Origin: the human T2T-CHM13v2.0 reference genome, Homo sapiens
Reading direction: 5' to 3' (one strand)
Assembly (NCBI RefSeq): GCF_009914755.1
Contig: NC_060942.1
DNA: 64,000 bases
The position numbers were made by a program, and so were the translations under genes. The stretch's first letter is position 1, and every line of letters begins with the position of its first letter. Below are positions 32,266 to 46,057 of the stretch, one piece after another. The notes under the pieces are model-generated. The model was not told the DNA's origin and did no database searches. It saw only the letters and a program-made list of their open reading frames with translations.

Positions 32266-33727
32266 ACCCCACCTGCCAGCCCCACAGCACCTCCTGGGGT
32301 GTTGGGCATCTGGGGCCAACTGCCTGGGTCCCAGCAGCCAGCGCCTGGCTCTTGGGCTGTTTGATCTTGGTCAGTGTATCTAATCTCTGTATCTGAATTC
32401 CTGCATCTGATCAACTCAATTAAGTTCTTCCTCGCATACTGCATATTTTGAGAACATGCCTGGGTTCTTCCTTCCTTTCCTTCTCTCCCCTTATTGAAAA
32501 CGAACTGCTGTCTTGTGACTAGTGTGGCCTTGGCAGTTTTCACCTGGGGCATTTCCACCGAGGCAGCTTCCTCCACTTCCTCCCACGCGGAAAGACAGCA
32601 CATTAGCAGCTAATTCATGGGACAAAAGGAAGAGGCAGTGCAGATCAGTGAGCCTGGGAGCAGATGATGAATGCCAGGGGGTGTCTTCGCTGCAACAAGC
32701 ACTCAGCCCTGCAGCGTGACTCAGAGAGTGGCCTCGGGCAATCCACCAGCCTGAAACCACAGGACAGGACTGGCAATCTCAGCACAGAGCACTGATCCTG
32801 TCATCATTTAAAGACTCAGAAGCGGTCACAAGGGGGAGTGGATCAGAGCCATTCTGGACTTCTCACGGCCAGCTCAGACGCTCGCATATGTGACATGCAC
32901 AGGGTGCCCACGACTTCCTGGACCTTTGGATGGAGCCCCCGGCCACCTGGAGGGAGCATTGAAACGGATGATGCTAAACTCGCACTCTAAACTCGCACTT
33001 GGCGTTGCCTTCTCAGGTCCCAGCACCTGTGCAGAGGCCTCTCAGGGTGTGACAGTCCCCTGCTGAATGGCACCTTCCCCTCCAGCACCTGCAGGGCTTC
33101 CCTGCCCACTGCACCTGCCTTGCCCCAGCATGCCTGCCTGACCCTGGAGAAGGATGGAGATGCAGGGTTTTGTGGGGAGTGCCAGGAAGAGGCCTCCTCG
33201 GGGAAGGGAAGCTGATAGCAGCCCCGCCCTCACCTGCCCCAGCAGCTGAGCTCATCCCCTGGGGGGCACTCATGCTCCCTAGAAGTGACAGGTGGGCCCA
33301 CTATCCACAGGCCGGCAGAACGCAGCTCCTTTGGGGTGGGGGAATTCCTGCCCTGGCCTTGGCCACAGAGCCCCAGGATGAGTTTTGTGACAGAGCCATC
33401 CCCACACACCCACTGAATGAGAACGGAGGCCCAGCCTGGAGGCGGGGGCTGGAGGGAGTGCAGAGGGCATGAGGAGGCACTCCAGCCATTCCTCCTTCTA
33501 AGTGGGACCTCCCTGGGAGGACAGATGACTGCTGCATTAGGAGGGTGTTTCAGGCCCACCTGCCACTTCCAAGGAGCGTAAGTTGGCAATGTTGGAAATC
33601 AGCCTACAGCTGCTCCTCGAGGTGACCCCATCAAGGGACCAGGACTACGGGACTAGCAACGCAGGTATTGAAGAAGTGTCACTCTCCAGGGACCTCGCTG
33701 CTGGAGCCAGGCCAGTGCTGGAATCCC

Positions 33728-33745
33728 CGCCAGCAGGGGGCAGCG
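33728..33745 (+). promoter_or_regulatory. CTCF motif
   Basis: CGCCAGCAGGGGGCAGCG fits the CCASYAGRKGGCRS consensus at every core position; lies in unique sequence. Confidence 0.6.
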
Positions 33746-34369
33746 TGCAGGCTTTCCGGGGCCTGCTCTAGCCTGCCAAGAGAATGTGAGATTCATGGGT
33801 ATGCATGCGGGCGGCTGCACCCTTCCAGGCCACAGATTGGACCTAACAGCTCCTGTCTGCTTGGCAGTGCCCAAGAGATTTTCCTGGCGCTGGAAACATT
33901 GGATTTGGGGTGTGCGTGACCCACCTGGGTCAGAGTGCTTGGCTTTCTGCTCATCTGCTGACTCAATAGGGGGTCTGTGTCCATCTACCCATCTCCCCTT
34001 TTCCTTGCACTATCTCAGAATCTCTATCTATTTCATAAAACACCAATTATTTGTCTATTATCCTCATTTAAAATTATATATATTAGTTAGAACGTAATCC
34101 TCCTTCTCTCTCTGATCTCATTAGCTGACAAAAGCATTAGCAAATTGTCACATGTCTAAATGACCGTGAAATAGGTATTGGTTTTAATTGTTGGTACTTA
34201 AGTGGCTGTTATAACAAAGTGTTTTGCTTCATAAGCCAGGTGAGCCCCTCACTCTCTGAGGAGGAACGCTGGAGACTCGGCTGCTCAGAGCCGGATTTGC
34301 AATCTGCTGGCCACCCCTATATAAGACTCCAGTATTTTGATATTGGCCTCTAGAGTCGTTTTGTTTGTT

Positions 34370-34802
34370 TGTTTTTTATCTTTAGAGGATATAAAATTTG
34401 CCAGTTTAAATGTACCGGTCAGTGGCATTAACTACATTACATTGTCATGTAACCATCACCACCATCCATCTCCAGAACTTTTTCATCCTCCCAAGTTGTA
34501 CCCAATAAAGAACAACTCCCTTCCCCCAGGCCCTGGCGACCATCACTCTACTTTCTTTCTGTATGACCTGACTACTCTAAGTACTTCATATAAGTGCAGT
34601 TGTCAACTCTTTGTCCTTTCATGGCTGGCTTATTTCACTTAGCATATTACCTTCAAGGTTCCTCTATGTTGTGGCATGTGTCAGAATTCCCTTCCTTTTC
34701 AAGGCTGCATAATATTCCCCTGTGTGTATATATTACATTTTGTGTATTCATTCATCCATTTGTAGATGCTTGGGTTGTTTCCATCTTTTGGCAATTGTGA
34801 AT
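34370..34802 (-). mobile_element. L1MB-like 3' end
   Basis: cagtggcattaactacatt...catctccagaactttttcatc...ctggcttatttcacttagcat...ttttggcaattgtgaat. Confidence 0.85.
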
Positions 34803-34846
34803 TGAATTACTGGCCTCAGGTGCCTTTGTTTTGTTTTTTATTCCAA

Positions 34847-35138
34847 TTTTTTTTTTTTTTTGAGATGGAGTCTTGCTCTGTCACCTGGAGTTCAGTGGCG
34901 TGATCTCTGCTCACTGCAACCTCTGCCTCCCAGGCTCAAGTGATTCTCGTGCCTCAGCCTCCTGAGTAGCTGGGACTACAGGCATGTGCCACCACGCCCG
35001 GCTAATTTTTGTATTTTTAGTAGAGACGGGGTTTCGCCACATTGGCCAGGCTGGTCCTAAACTCCTGACCTCAGGTGACCTGCCCACCTTGACCTCCCTA
35101 AGTGCTGGGATTACAGGCGTGAGCCACTGCACCTGGCC
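34847..35138 (-). mobile_element. AluS SINE
   Basis: Poly(T) followed by the Alu dimer ending cacctggcc. Confidence 0.93.
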
Positions 35139-35287
35139 TTTTCTCATCAGCTTCTAATTTTTACTCTTCAGTGACTGACATTAGACTCCTTTGTGGCCCC
35201 TTCGTAAATTCTATTAAACTACCTGAGCAACATGCGAGATGAAATTCCAAGAGCCAGTGAGTGAACTCTTTTCCTATGCAGGAAATA

Positions 35288-35445
35288 GCTCTTAACCACT
35301 GAGGGGGTCACCCACCCATTTGAGAATCTGAGAAAGTTTTAAATCCTCTCCCATCTGCAAACCATACAGTCACTCACACAAATGTGACCTTTTCAGTTTC
35401 CATGGACACCACTGAGACCCATTTTTAGACCACAGGTTTATCTCT
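35288..35445. mobile_element. MER103-like DNA transposon fragment
   Basis: ctcttaacc...ggggtcac...tttgagaatctgagaaag...ccacaggtt. Confidence 0.45.
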
Positions 35446-36644
35446 GCTCTAGATAATTCATTTCTTCCCAGAACGTGGTAAATCAAAAGTTTTCTAATCA
35501 GAGCGTGGTTGAAATGCTTGAATAAAACACAAAATCACTTCCAGTTTGGCAATGATACAAAGCGGAATGTCTGTATTTGGAACTTCCCCAGTGCAGAACA
35601 CGACAGTAAAAAAAAAAAAAAAAACACTCAGTGCATCCATGCAGTGTCTCCAAAAAGCATGGGAGGCCAGGAGTTGAGTGTGGGACTCTCCTTCTGGCTG
35701 CAGAGGGGATTGGTGACTCTAGACATGCAGGGGAGAGCATGCTGGGGAAAGAGGCAGAAATGCCCCCTCCAAATGGGAGTCCCTCCCAGTACCTGCCTTC
35801 TGCGCCCTGACCATTCTGATTGCTGGCAGCTCTAGCCCCAGCCCACCAACCCCACCTAAGCACACACCCCCTCCCACCGTCCCAGCACAGCGAATCAGTC
35901 AGGGAGCCAGGAGGCCCTAGCTTCCAATTAGACCGCACATGACTGTGTGTCACTGCCCAGGAAGGGGCTTCTATGGGTGGCAGCCGACCTCTGCCTCAGG
36001 GCAGCTCCAGTTGCACGGGCCATGGAGGCCGCTGCCATCCAGCTTCAGCTGCAAGAGCCCAGGATCAGCCAGACTTGTCTACTGAGGATGGGGAGTGTTT
36101 AGATAAGTTTGCCATATCCGAGCAGGAAATACAGATATAACACAGAGCTGGAGGCTGAGCCTCAGCTGAGATGCCACGTGCGGCAGTGTGCTGGAGGATG
36201 TGTGTGCTGATATCCAGGCATCTTTACAGAAGATGATGCGTCTGGGAGACATGGGTCTTCAAGTGTGTGCACCTGGAGGTGGACACAGGTCCCTGTGTGT
36301 GTGGAAGGGTGAAGTGGGAAGAGGGAAATAGACCAGGAGCACAATGTCTGGGGCCTGGTTCCCTGCAGAGGGCAGAGCTCCAGAACCAAACCTAAACCCT
36401 CCTGTCCTGGGGCCTGTGCAGCACGGGACGCCTGGGACAGCCATTCCACCTGAGTGTCCCACAGAGTGAGGGACAAGGACAATCTCCCTTCCCCCTTGGT
36501 CAGGGACTCCCAAGGGGCTGCAGCCACATTGCTCCTTTTGAGGTTTTGCCGCAGCACTTGGGCAGAGATGAAGCCATCGCTCAGGGCAGCCCTGATGGGG
36601 GCTCTCCCCCTTCCCAGGAACCCTGGAACCTCATGGCCAACTGA

Positions 36645-36800
36645 CACCTAACCCTTGCGGCACTTTAAAATCACCCGGGGAGCTTTGGAAACAGTCCCCC
36701 ATTCCAGACCCATCATTATAAGAATCTCCGGAAATGGAGGCTGGGCCCCGGGCATTTTTTAAGTCCCCAGGTGATTTGAATGTGCAGGCTAGACCCACTG
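36645..36800. mobile_element. MER5A-like DNA transposon
   Basis: aatcacccggggagcttt...agaatctccgg...gggccccgggcattttt...ccccaggtgatt...atgtgcag. Confidence 0.65.
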
Positions 36801-38481
36801 ATGGCCTCTTCTTTCCCCTTGGGAAGCCCTCACCCATCTTTGGTAAATACATGATTGATTATGTGTAAGGCGGGTAACTGCCAATACTGAGTCCACTGAA
36901 AGATGCACATTTTAGGATTCTGATAGGGATGTTCCTTACAATCACTGTCAGGCAGGTGACAGGTATAAAAAGCTGCCATCATCATTAATGAAGCGTGTGT
37001 TTACCCCATCAAAGTGTTTCATGTGGTTGTCACTTTAATGGGCATTATTGGACGACACATGGAGAGTTTAATTGCTATTTTAAAATATCCTCAAAAATGT
37101 TACAGTGTGATTTGGCCTTGAAATGAAAAAATATTGTGTGTTTGATGAGCATGTACACAGAGCATCAGGGTGTACCTTTGATGTCATTGAAGCAAATATT
37201 TCTCACTTCCATTTCATGGGGGTTTTTGCAAAGTCATAACCAAGGGCTTTATAGAACCTGACAAAGAAAGACACCACAAAGAGTGATCCATGAGAAGGAA
37301 CTGTCCATCATACACCTAGAAATGCAACCCAAAGGCCAAGAGATCACCAAATCTCGGAAACAGCTTTCTAAGAGACACACGGCTCTACTGCACTCTACGG
37401 CCCAGTCACCAGGGGAAACACAGGCCCATGCTCTGAGCCCAAAACAAGAGCCATACAGTTGCACAAGAATGCGGAATAGAGAAAAAATTTTAGAAAGACC
37501 CCCACCAATGTATTTCACTCATTTATTCAATTTTATGTAAGTACGAGGGTGACATGATACAATCCATGTCTATGAATTTCAAAAAGAGATCTTTCAGTAA
37601 ATATAAAGAAAAACTTGAAGTGATATAAAGCATTGTTTCAGCTTTATTGGAAATGCTTTTCTTAGTGATTCACAAAATGAGTGCATCTTAGAATCAATGG
37701 TTTGTTAGTTTCTGTGAAATATGGTCATTTGCTACTGGGTCTAATTCCTAGCACTCAAGTTTAACCTGCCCATTGCACGGGCCATCCGAGCTCCCATACT
37801 CTGGCTCTATTCTCTTCTGAGAATGCCAATAGGCACCCCCTTCCCAGGCTTTTCCATTTCACAGAGAGACTCTGTGGCACTGGCCTCTGCCCTCACACTT
37901 TCTCACCCAGCCCCATCCTGACAGGTCTTTCAGCACTTCTCCCCTGAGTCAACCCTCAGTCTTTCTTCTGCCATTTCTCATTTTCACAGTGCCTCTTTCC
38001 CTGTAATTCCAGCCTATTTCCACCACACACTGGCAAACAGCGGCCCTAATTTCAATCTGTCACACTTGCTCATCTCTAAAATGGGAGGCAGTAAGACAGA
38101 GACCAAAGGCATGCGTTGGGGAGTCACAGATATGGATTCCCTCCAAGCTTTCTCACTCCTAAGCTGGGTAACCTTGGACATGTTACTTCACTTCGCCTGA
38201 GAAGGGAAGAAAAGAATCACCATGTCTGGGGTTGCTGCAGGATTAAATGAGAAAGTGCGTGCATTGCAGACCCTCTTAATTATAGCTGCCTCGGTGGCAT
38301 CCTTCCCAAGTGCAGCTACTATGGAGTTTGGGTGGCATTGACCAGGTCAGAGCTTGATTGGCTTAATCCCAACCATGTGATCTAGGGCATGTGACCTAGG
38401 TTGGTCTAGTCAGAGTAAAGCTCAGCTCTTACTCGGATGGTTTGGGGAAGAGAAATTCCTTTTTGCCCTGATGGTATAGTA

Positions 38482-39115
<634 letters not shown>

Positions 39116-41539
39116 TGTCTATGAAGGCGGTAAGTAACCCCAGGAGCTCTTGGCTACCAGGAAGCCAGCCTGAAAAAGAGGCTGGCCTTTGAGGAGGACA
39201 GGAGGACAGAGGAGGAAAATGGAGCCAGGGCCCCTGTCAAACCACATCTGATCCCTACAGTGACTCAGGTATGTGAGCCATAAAAATTATTTTATTTAAA
39301 CACATTTCAAGTGTCTTTTCTATCATTTGCAGCCAAAAGCATTCTAAAGGATCCAATATGAAAAGCATTTAACAAGAACTTAACAGACAGTAGTTATGCT
39401 ATCAACTCAAGTGTTTAAAATTTATAACGGAGATGAGGGAAATGAGTGACATGTCTGTCACTCCAAATGAACCTGTTCTGTAGCAGCATGTAAACCCCTG
39501 TGCCCTGTTCTAGAATTTTGCCAATAAATGATCACCCCAGAACCCCTAACCTCCACTCTACCAACCAGAATACATCCCATTTCCACATTAAAAGTAAGTA
39601 ACTCAGGGCAAACCCTTTTAGTGACAGAAAGTATTGACTCCGATCCCCATCTCTCCACTCTCCCCTAGATTAATTAAGTGGAAGGAATAGGAAGCCTGCT
39701 GCTCCTCCACAGTGCCCTATGGCACCAGGGTGCCTCACAGAAGCCACACCGGCCCTACACGCCTCGCTGTGTGCGCAGAAGCCTGGGCCTGATGCTCCTG
39801 AGTGTTACTGAACTAGGCTGGGGTCCATGCACCTGCCGCAGTAGAACCAGATAGCCACACTGAGCTTTTGTAGCGGTAGAAAGGAAGGTGTTTGCTTGCA
39901 GGGCACCATGCAAGGAGGCCCAGCAGCCTCTGCTCAGCCCTGGCCTCCCCGATGGCTTGCGGGCAAGGGCTCTCCCAGGCAGGGATGTGCCGCAGGAAAG
40001 CGGATGCTTCGGGCACAGTTGTAAATCAACAGGTGGAGGGGACACACTGGTCTTTGCTATTGGTTCAGGGGGCAAAGTTCGTTTCAATTTTAGGATCTGC
40101 CAAAACAATGTTAACTGGCTGGGGAGGGAGGCAGTGGGAGCTCCCCAGGAAGAAACTTAGAAGAAAGAACGGCCGTCAGGGTTCAGTCCTCAGCTCCCCC
40201 TCATCTGAGGTCTGCCTGCCAATGGATCTGTTTGGTGAGGGCCCTCGGCGGCGGGGTGGGGGTCCAGGTTTCTGGATTTGAACTTCCTTGGCTATTGTTT
40301 TAGGCTACTAAGACTTTCTTGCTTTCAAGTTGCTCATTTTCTTCTCAGGGCTAGCTAGGTGCCTGGAATTTATCTTGAAGGCAACTTAGGATTTTCTTTT
40401 ATTTCCATGCTTGGCTGGGGGGCCACGAGCCCCCAAAAATGCGGTCCTTACTCTGGCTCAAGAGAAGGCAGGTGTCCAGCCAAATCAATCCTCCCAGGGA
40501 AGTGTGGTCTCCAGGAAGCAGAGGCTCCGGATGCCCTTCTGAGCCTTCCTTGTCTGGCCTTGGCTCCACACATGGAAGGAAGGCCAGAGCAGCCCCAAGC
40601 TTCCTTCTTCACCCTCCGCGGGCGGCCAAGTGCCTCCTGCAAAGAGGTTGAGGCGCACTGCGGACCACAGAGCCCCTGTGCCTCCAGCAGGTCACCGGGC
40701 GCGTGGCTGTCCCTTCAGAGCACAAGGGTGGCGTTCCTGAAGTTTTCACAGTGGTGGAAAGGGCTCTTCCCGCCCTGGCCCTGCCACCTTGGAGGGGCTA
40801 GAAGGTGGCCCCCAGCTCCGTGGTGAGCTTGCCTGCTGCGATAGACTCATCACAGCAGCACACTCGGTGTGCACCCAGTTGTGACAACATAGGTGGTATG
40901 ACTTGAAATCCAGTTCCTCAGAGCGGGGGGAGCAAACTGGGGTTGGGGGGCTCTGAGTGGGGAAGGCGCTTCGGCTGGCAGAGCCGAGCAGAGCTAACTG
41001 TGAAGGACGGGTTGCCAATATAAATTCTTCCATCAACAAGCAGAAAACGTGCTTATGACTTTATCATTGTACCCAGGGCTCTGCTACAATTCATATCTTC
41101 CTCATGGTTAATGGCGTTTTAGCCCACTGATGCCACATAATACATTTCATCAATTCTAGGGGGAGGCTGCTGCCCAGAACATCAGAGCCAATTTGTAAAT
41201 TATGGAGTGATGGATTTTGTCAGTAAATTCATATCAGAACAAGGCAATAACGTTCCCACACAAATTAATGTATCTTAGCAGATGTTTAACTTTGAATATC
41301 CTGTTTTGAATATATATTACCTGATAATGTATATACACAAAGCATTTTTTATTTCCACTCATTAAATCTCAATCAAACAAGTAATCGCCCTAAACTACAG
41401 AGGCACAGAAATCCGTTTTCCCTGCCCATCAAATAGTAGCAATTTATTGTGGTGTAAAATAAATGAACTGCTAATACAATTTTTTAAAAACAGCAATAAT
41501 AAAGCTAAAGGGCCGTGCCCCTGAGGGAGGATTGCCATG

Positions 41540-41760
41540 GTACGCAGGGGCGCAGAGCCAGTGACCAGGTTTGAATTCTAGCTCTGCCGCTGACTGAGCG
41601 ACCTCAGCCAGGTAGCTCCCTCCCTGAGCCTCTGTTTCCCCTCTGCTGAAGGAGATGAGCATCATCTACTTCATAGGGTTGTGGAGGGACTTAAATGGAT
41701 TAATTTGTGTGAAGCGTTTAGAGCCCTGCCTGGCATTATGTACCTGCTCATATTATTATA
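41540..41760 (+). mobile_element. MIR
   Basis: ggtttgaattctagctctgcc...ctgagcctctgtttcc...tcatagggttgtggaggga...gtgaagcgtttaga. Confidence 0.75.
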
Positions 41761-42056
41761 CCCTAAATGACATACGAGAAAGGTGGAAGCAGGACTATGC
41801 TTCTCCTTCAGGGGAGAGCCTGGGCGTCAGGAGCAATGCCAACCCCTGCATCCAGCTGGCTCCTCCCTAATGTGACTCCTGGAAAAAGAGAGCCTTGATT
41901 TCCCGAGGTGCAGGTGCAGATAAGCATTTTCGTCTCCTCCTGGTACAGCTGAGCCCAGACCCACCTTACAGGTTCTCTCTGAAGTACCAATTTCTGGCTC
42001 ACCTGTCCCCTGCCTCGGGAGGTCACCAGGGCAGGGGGCTTGATGGAAGCTCCCAG

Positions 42057-42835
42057 TGATATGGGAGCGGGGCAGGGAAGTGCTAGGTAGAGAAAGGCGG
42101 GGTCCCTGATGAAGGCTCCACCCTCTGGCCTGTGCCCATGGACCTAGGTGTGGACAGGTACTTCTGTTTTCATGCCCAAATGTTGCATTTTCCAAGACCA
42201 CCCTGACACACCATGCCCCCCAACTTGTGCCTGTAAAACCCCAAGACCCTAGCGGGCACACACATGAGCGGCTGGACGTTGAGAGGAACACACCGACAGA
42301 AGAACACACTGGCAGACTCCAGCAAGCCATTGACAGCAGAACCATGCGGATGGCGTGGAATTCGGCCGGGGAATGTCGGAGGAGAGTCTGGCTGCTGAAT
42401 GGCCTGAATCCAGGGGAAAACCACCTTCCCACTCCATCCCCCTTCTGGCTCCCATCCATCTGCTGAGGGCTACTTCCACCACTCAATAAAACCTTGCACT
42501 CACTCTCCAAGCCCATGTGTCATCTGATTTTCTGGTACGCTAAGGCAAGAACCCCAGGATACAGAAAGCCCTCTCTCCTTGTGATAAGGCAGAGGGTCTA
42601 ACTGAGCTGATTAACACAAGCCACCTGTGAACCACTAAGCTGAAAAAGTGCACTGTAACACACGCCCACTGGGGCTTCGGGAGCTGTAAACACTCAACCC
42701 TAGACGCTGCCATAGGGTCAGAGCCCATGCTCCCCACGACCTGCCTGTCTGCATGCCCCCTCTAGGGGTTCGAGCTGCGGGACATGGAAGAAGTGAGCCA
42801 CGCCTTCATCACATGCCCAAACTCCTCCTGTTTCA
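42057..42835 (+). mobile_element. Full-length ERV1 solo LTR (LTR1/LTR27 family)
   Basis: 779 bp, TGATA...TTTCA termini, exact 4-bp TSD CCAG (42053-42056 and 42836-42839), AATAAA at 42485-42490. Confidence 0.85.
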
Positions 42836-43077
42836 CCAGGCAGGACAGAAGATGCAAACCCGGTGTGCAGATGTCCTCAGTCAGCAGGCGGCAAGCGGCA
42901 CGACGCTGCACACCTGTCCTCCCTTTTCCAGGGCCCTTGCTCACAGCTGTCTGGGTTTCCCGTCTCTTTATTCTTCCCTTCCTCATCTCCTGTCTTTTCT
43001 CATTCCATCCACTCATCTGATACATCGTAGATGCTTTTCTGTCCTTGTTGCCATTTCTGACATTGATTTCTTTTCTT

Positions 43078-43128
43078 TTGCTCACTTGGTTACTTTTCTC
43101 TCACTTGATTACTTTTCTCTCACTTGAT
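43078..43128. repeat. 19-bp tandem repeat (ttacttttctctcacttga), about 2.5 copies
   Basis: Directly visible in the sequence. Confidence 0.8.
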
Positions 43129-43319
43129 TTGTCTTTTTGACTTCTGATGACCTTCCCTGGGAAGCTCACTTCAAGAGCCTGGTCTCCCCCTCCAACCTCC
43201 CTTAGAGGTGGACCGTTTTAGACAAGAGGGGTGGGCGAGAGGCCCTTCCAGGCCCACCTTTGCCTGCCTGCCACGTGCCAGGCACCGTGTTGAGTGCTTG
43301 CCTGCAGAGCACCTGGAAT

Positions 43320-43670
43320 CCCACACGCCACCCCACGTAACAATAACAGTCACAGACACCTTTTGAGTGTGTGCTTGCTGTGTGCTACGTGTCTGATTCT
43401 TCGCTTGCCTTCACTATTGAGTCCTCACGAACCATATACCTAGGTACTATTGTTATTCTATCCTTATAGATGAGGAAACCGAGACACAGAAAGGCTAGGT
43501 AGCATGCCAGCATGTCATCGACAGCAGGTGACGGCAGAATTCAGACTCAGGCAGTGCACTCTCAGCCCCCTACACTAAATGGTAAGGTTATTCCTCTTGA
43601 TTTTTCCTTGATTGGGAACTGAAGTTCAGGGAGAATGAGTGACTTACCTGAGGTCACAGAGCTTAGCTTA
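43320..43670 (-). mobile_element. MIR fragments
   Basis: ttatagatgaggaaaccgagacacaga...; ggaactgaagttcagggaga...gacttacctgaggtcacagagct. Confidence 0.7.
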
Positions 43671-43709
43671 CCCAAGGCCGAGCTAAGGGCAACATCTTTG
43701 CATTCAACT

Positions 43710-43870
43710 GATGTTCTCCTTACATGCGAGTCTGTGTCCAAATTTCCCCTTTTATGTGGACACTAGTCATACTGGATTAGGGGCCACCCAATGGCTTCAT
43801 TTTAGCTTAGTAGAGACCCTATCTCCAAATAAGGTGACATTTTTGGGGAGACACAATTCAACCCTTACCA
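43710..43870 (-). mobile_element. MLT1A/B LTR fragment
   Basis: tgtccaaatttccccttt...ggacactagtcatactggattagggg...ctatctccaaataaggt. Confidence 0.65.
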
Positions 43871-44802
43871 CAAGGGCAGTGCCTGGATGCAGCAGCCTCA
43901 GGAGTGATGATGCAGCCACAGCCTCCCATTAACAGTCCCAGGTCTACATTGTTTCAGTACAAACAGGTTCCAAGGCCACCATGTGGTGAGTGATGACAGT
44001 GTTACTGCTTTTGTCTCATGGAGATATGAGCTTAGCCAGCAATGGCGCACTTGACAATAAAGAACATGGAGAGATGCTGCCTGGACACCTCGGAGAACTT
44101 TCTTGTGTGCTGATGACAATAAATACATAGGTAAGTAGGCCTTCTCTCATCATCCCAGATCTTCATTAGCCAACCACTAGACCTCACACGGACCCACGAA
44201 TTTTTAAATACATTTTAATCATACTAGTCATACAGACACGACTCCCAGCAAAATATTTTCTCATGGCCCCTCACACCCAAAGGGTGACCCAGGGACCCAC
44301 TCTGTGCCTGGGAAGCACCGCTGCTGGCCTGAGCCCCCTCTTCATTCTGGCTGCCACCTCCCTGTGTCTTCTTTCTTGATGAGGGTGTGGCTCTCATTAA
44401 TCATCAATGAGATGGTGACACGGGGTTTCTCTCCACCTTAGCAGTGTGTCCTGATATCCCACTTTCTATTCCTCCCTCCAGAATTCCCTCCACCCTCTCC
44501 CAGCAGGGAATCTTAGCCTCTGCGGAATTTTCTGTTTCCCTCAACTTGGGGTGCTCAGACCCCCCAATCTACCACTCTTGCCCTCTGCTAATTCCAGAAC
44601 CCTTTGACATATTAGCCAGGTGCTGGCTCAGCATCTTGCTTCCTGCAGCCCTGAGTACATTGCACAGAGAATTGGTGCACCTCCCAACCAGCTTCTCCAA
44701 GAGCTTTCCCTTCTGCCTGCAGATGGGGATGGACTAGCAGTGCTGGATGGACCACTCAGCACCAGTGCCCTTGCACTTGCTTCCTCGTGGAATCCTCACG
44801 CT

Positions 44803-44857
44803 GGCCTGGGTTTGGCAGATGAGAAAAGACCGGCCTGGGTTTGGCAGATGAGAAAAG
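44803..44857. repeat. Two identical 26-bp copies (period 29) of ggcctgggtttggcagatgagaaaag inside a MIR
   Basis: Copies at 44803-44828 and 44832-44857. Confidence 0.9.
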
Positions 44858-44974
44858 TTAGGCTCAGAGCAGGGAGTGAGCTGCTCAAGGTGGTGCAGCC
44901 GTTCACACAGGAGCTAGCACACTGAGCCTGGTGCAATGTCTCAACACGGCTGCTTAATAAAGCTTTAGAGAGGG

Positions 44975-45134
44975 CATAGATGAACCCAGGTTTTGTGGGA
45001 CCTGAAGCTTACACAATGTGGAGGACCCACTTGAACTTATGGAGACATAAAAGACAGGGCTTTGGAAGGGGCCTGTGCAAGTGAGGGACCCTGAGGCTTC
45101 AACTTCATTAGCTTCGCAGTAAATCTGCCTCTGA
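44975..45134. mobile_element. MER45A-like hAT element
   Basis: ccaggttttgtgggacctgaagcttacacaa...ggaaggggcctgtgcaagtgaggg...ttcattagcttc...gtaaatctgcctctg. Confidence 0.75.
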
Positions 45135-45640
45135 GTCAATAAGTAAGTGAGTAGATGAATAAAGTCGAAGTACAAAGGTGTATAATTTTAGAGCTTATAG
45201 GACCTAAAAAATGATCAAGTCCTATGTCCTTTTTTAATAGTTGCAGAAACCAGGACTGGAGAGAGTAGCTTTCTCATGAACACACAGCTAAAAGTCTTAC
45301 CAAGGTTGAGTGGCTGTCCTAGGATATCATGACTGCAGCCTGGTGGTGCTGAACCCAAGGCCATGTCTTTACTCTGCCACTAACTCCATCCCTACCTTAG
45401 GAACAGTTGCTGCTCATCTGCCATATATAACTCACCTCTCCACGTCAGGGCTGCCCAATGTCAAGGGCCAGGCACAATGAGGTCTTTGTCAAAGGACTCC
45501 CTGGAATTACGGGGCACTTACACTGGGTAGCCATACACAGTGTGAACCTGTTAATGGTCTTGACCTCCTCTTTTGGTGCTGATTTCTGGAGGGAAGAGAA
45601 AGGAAAAGTGCTTCTTCCTCTCCCAGAACCTCACATTTCC

Positions 45641-46016
45641 TTTTTTTTTTTTTTAATTTATCAAGATTTTTTGAAGTTAATTTTTAGTTCAGTAGCTTCT
45701 GGGGTACAAGTGGATTTTGTTACATGGATGAGTTAGACAGTGGTGAATTCTGAGATTTTAGTGCACCTGTCCCCTGAGTAGTGCACGTTGTGCCTAATGT
45801 ATAGTTTTGAATCCCTAGCCCCCCTTCCAGCCTCCCCCTTGTGAGTCTCTGAAGTCCATTATATCACTCTGTATGCCTTTGCACACTCATAGCTTAGCTT
45901 GCACTTGCAAGTGAGAACCTACGGTTTTTGGTTTTTCATTCCTGTGATACTTCACTACAGGTGGAGAATAATGGCCTCCAGCTCCATCCAAGTTGTTGCA
46001 AAAGACATTATTTTCG
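45641..46016 (-). mobile_element. L1PB 3' end
   Basis: T-tract followed by ggggtacaagtgg...gtggtgaattctgagattttagtgcacc...ggcctccagctccatccaagttg. Confidence 0.85.
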
Positions 46017-46057
46017 AACCTCAAATTTCTTGACTCATGGGAATTCAATTAACTCAG

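Noticed and set aside
32974-32999. Perfect 13-bp tandem duplication ctaaactcgcact
   Set aside because: Ordinary slippage duplication with no further structure.
40925-40962. Four G-tracts, possible G-quadruplex
   Set aside because: Two 8-nt loops and no promoter context; common in GC-rich DNA.
41827-42516. Longest ORF in the window (229 aa)
   Set aside because: Mostly antisense to a GC-rich solo LTR; no recognisable domain.
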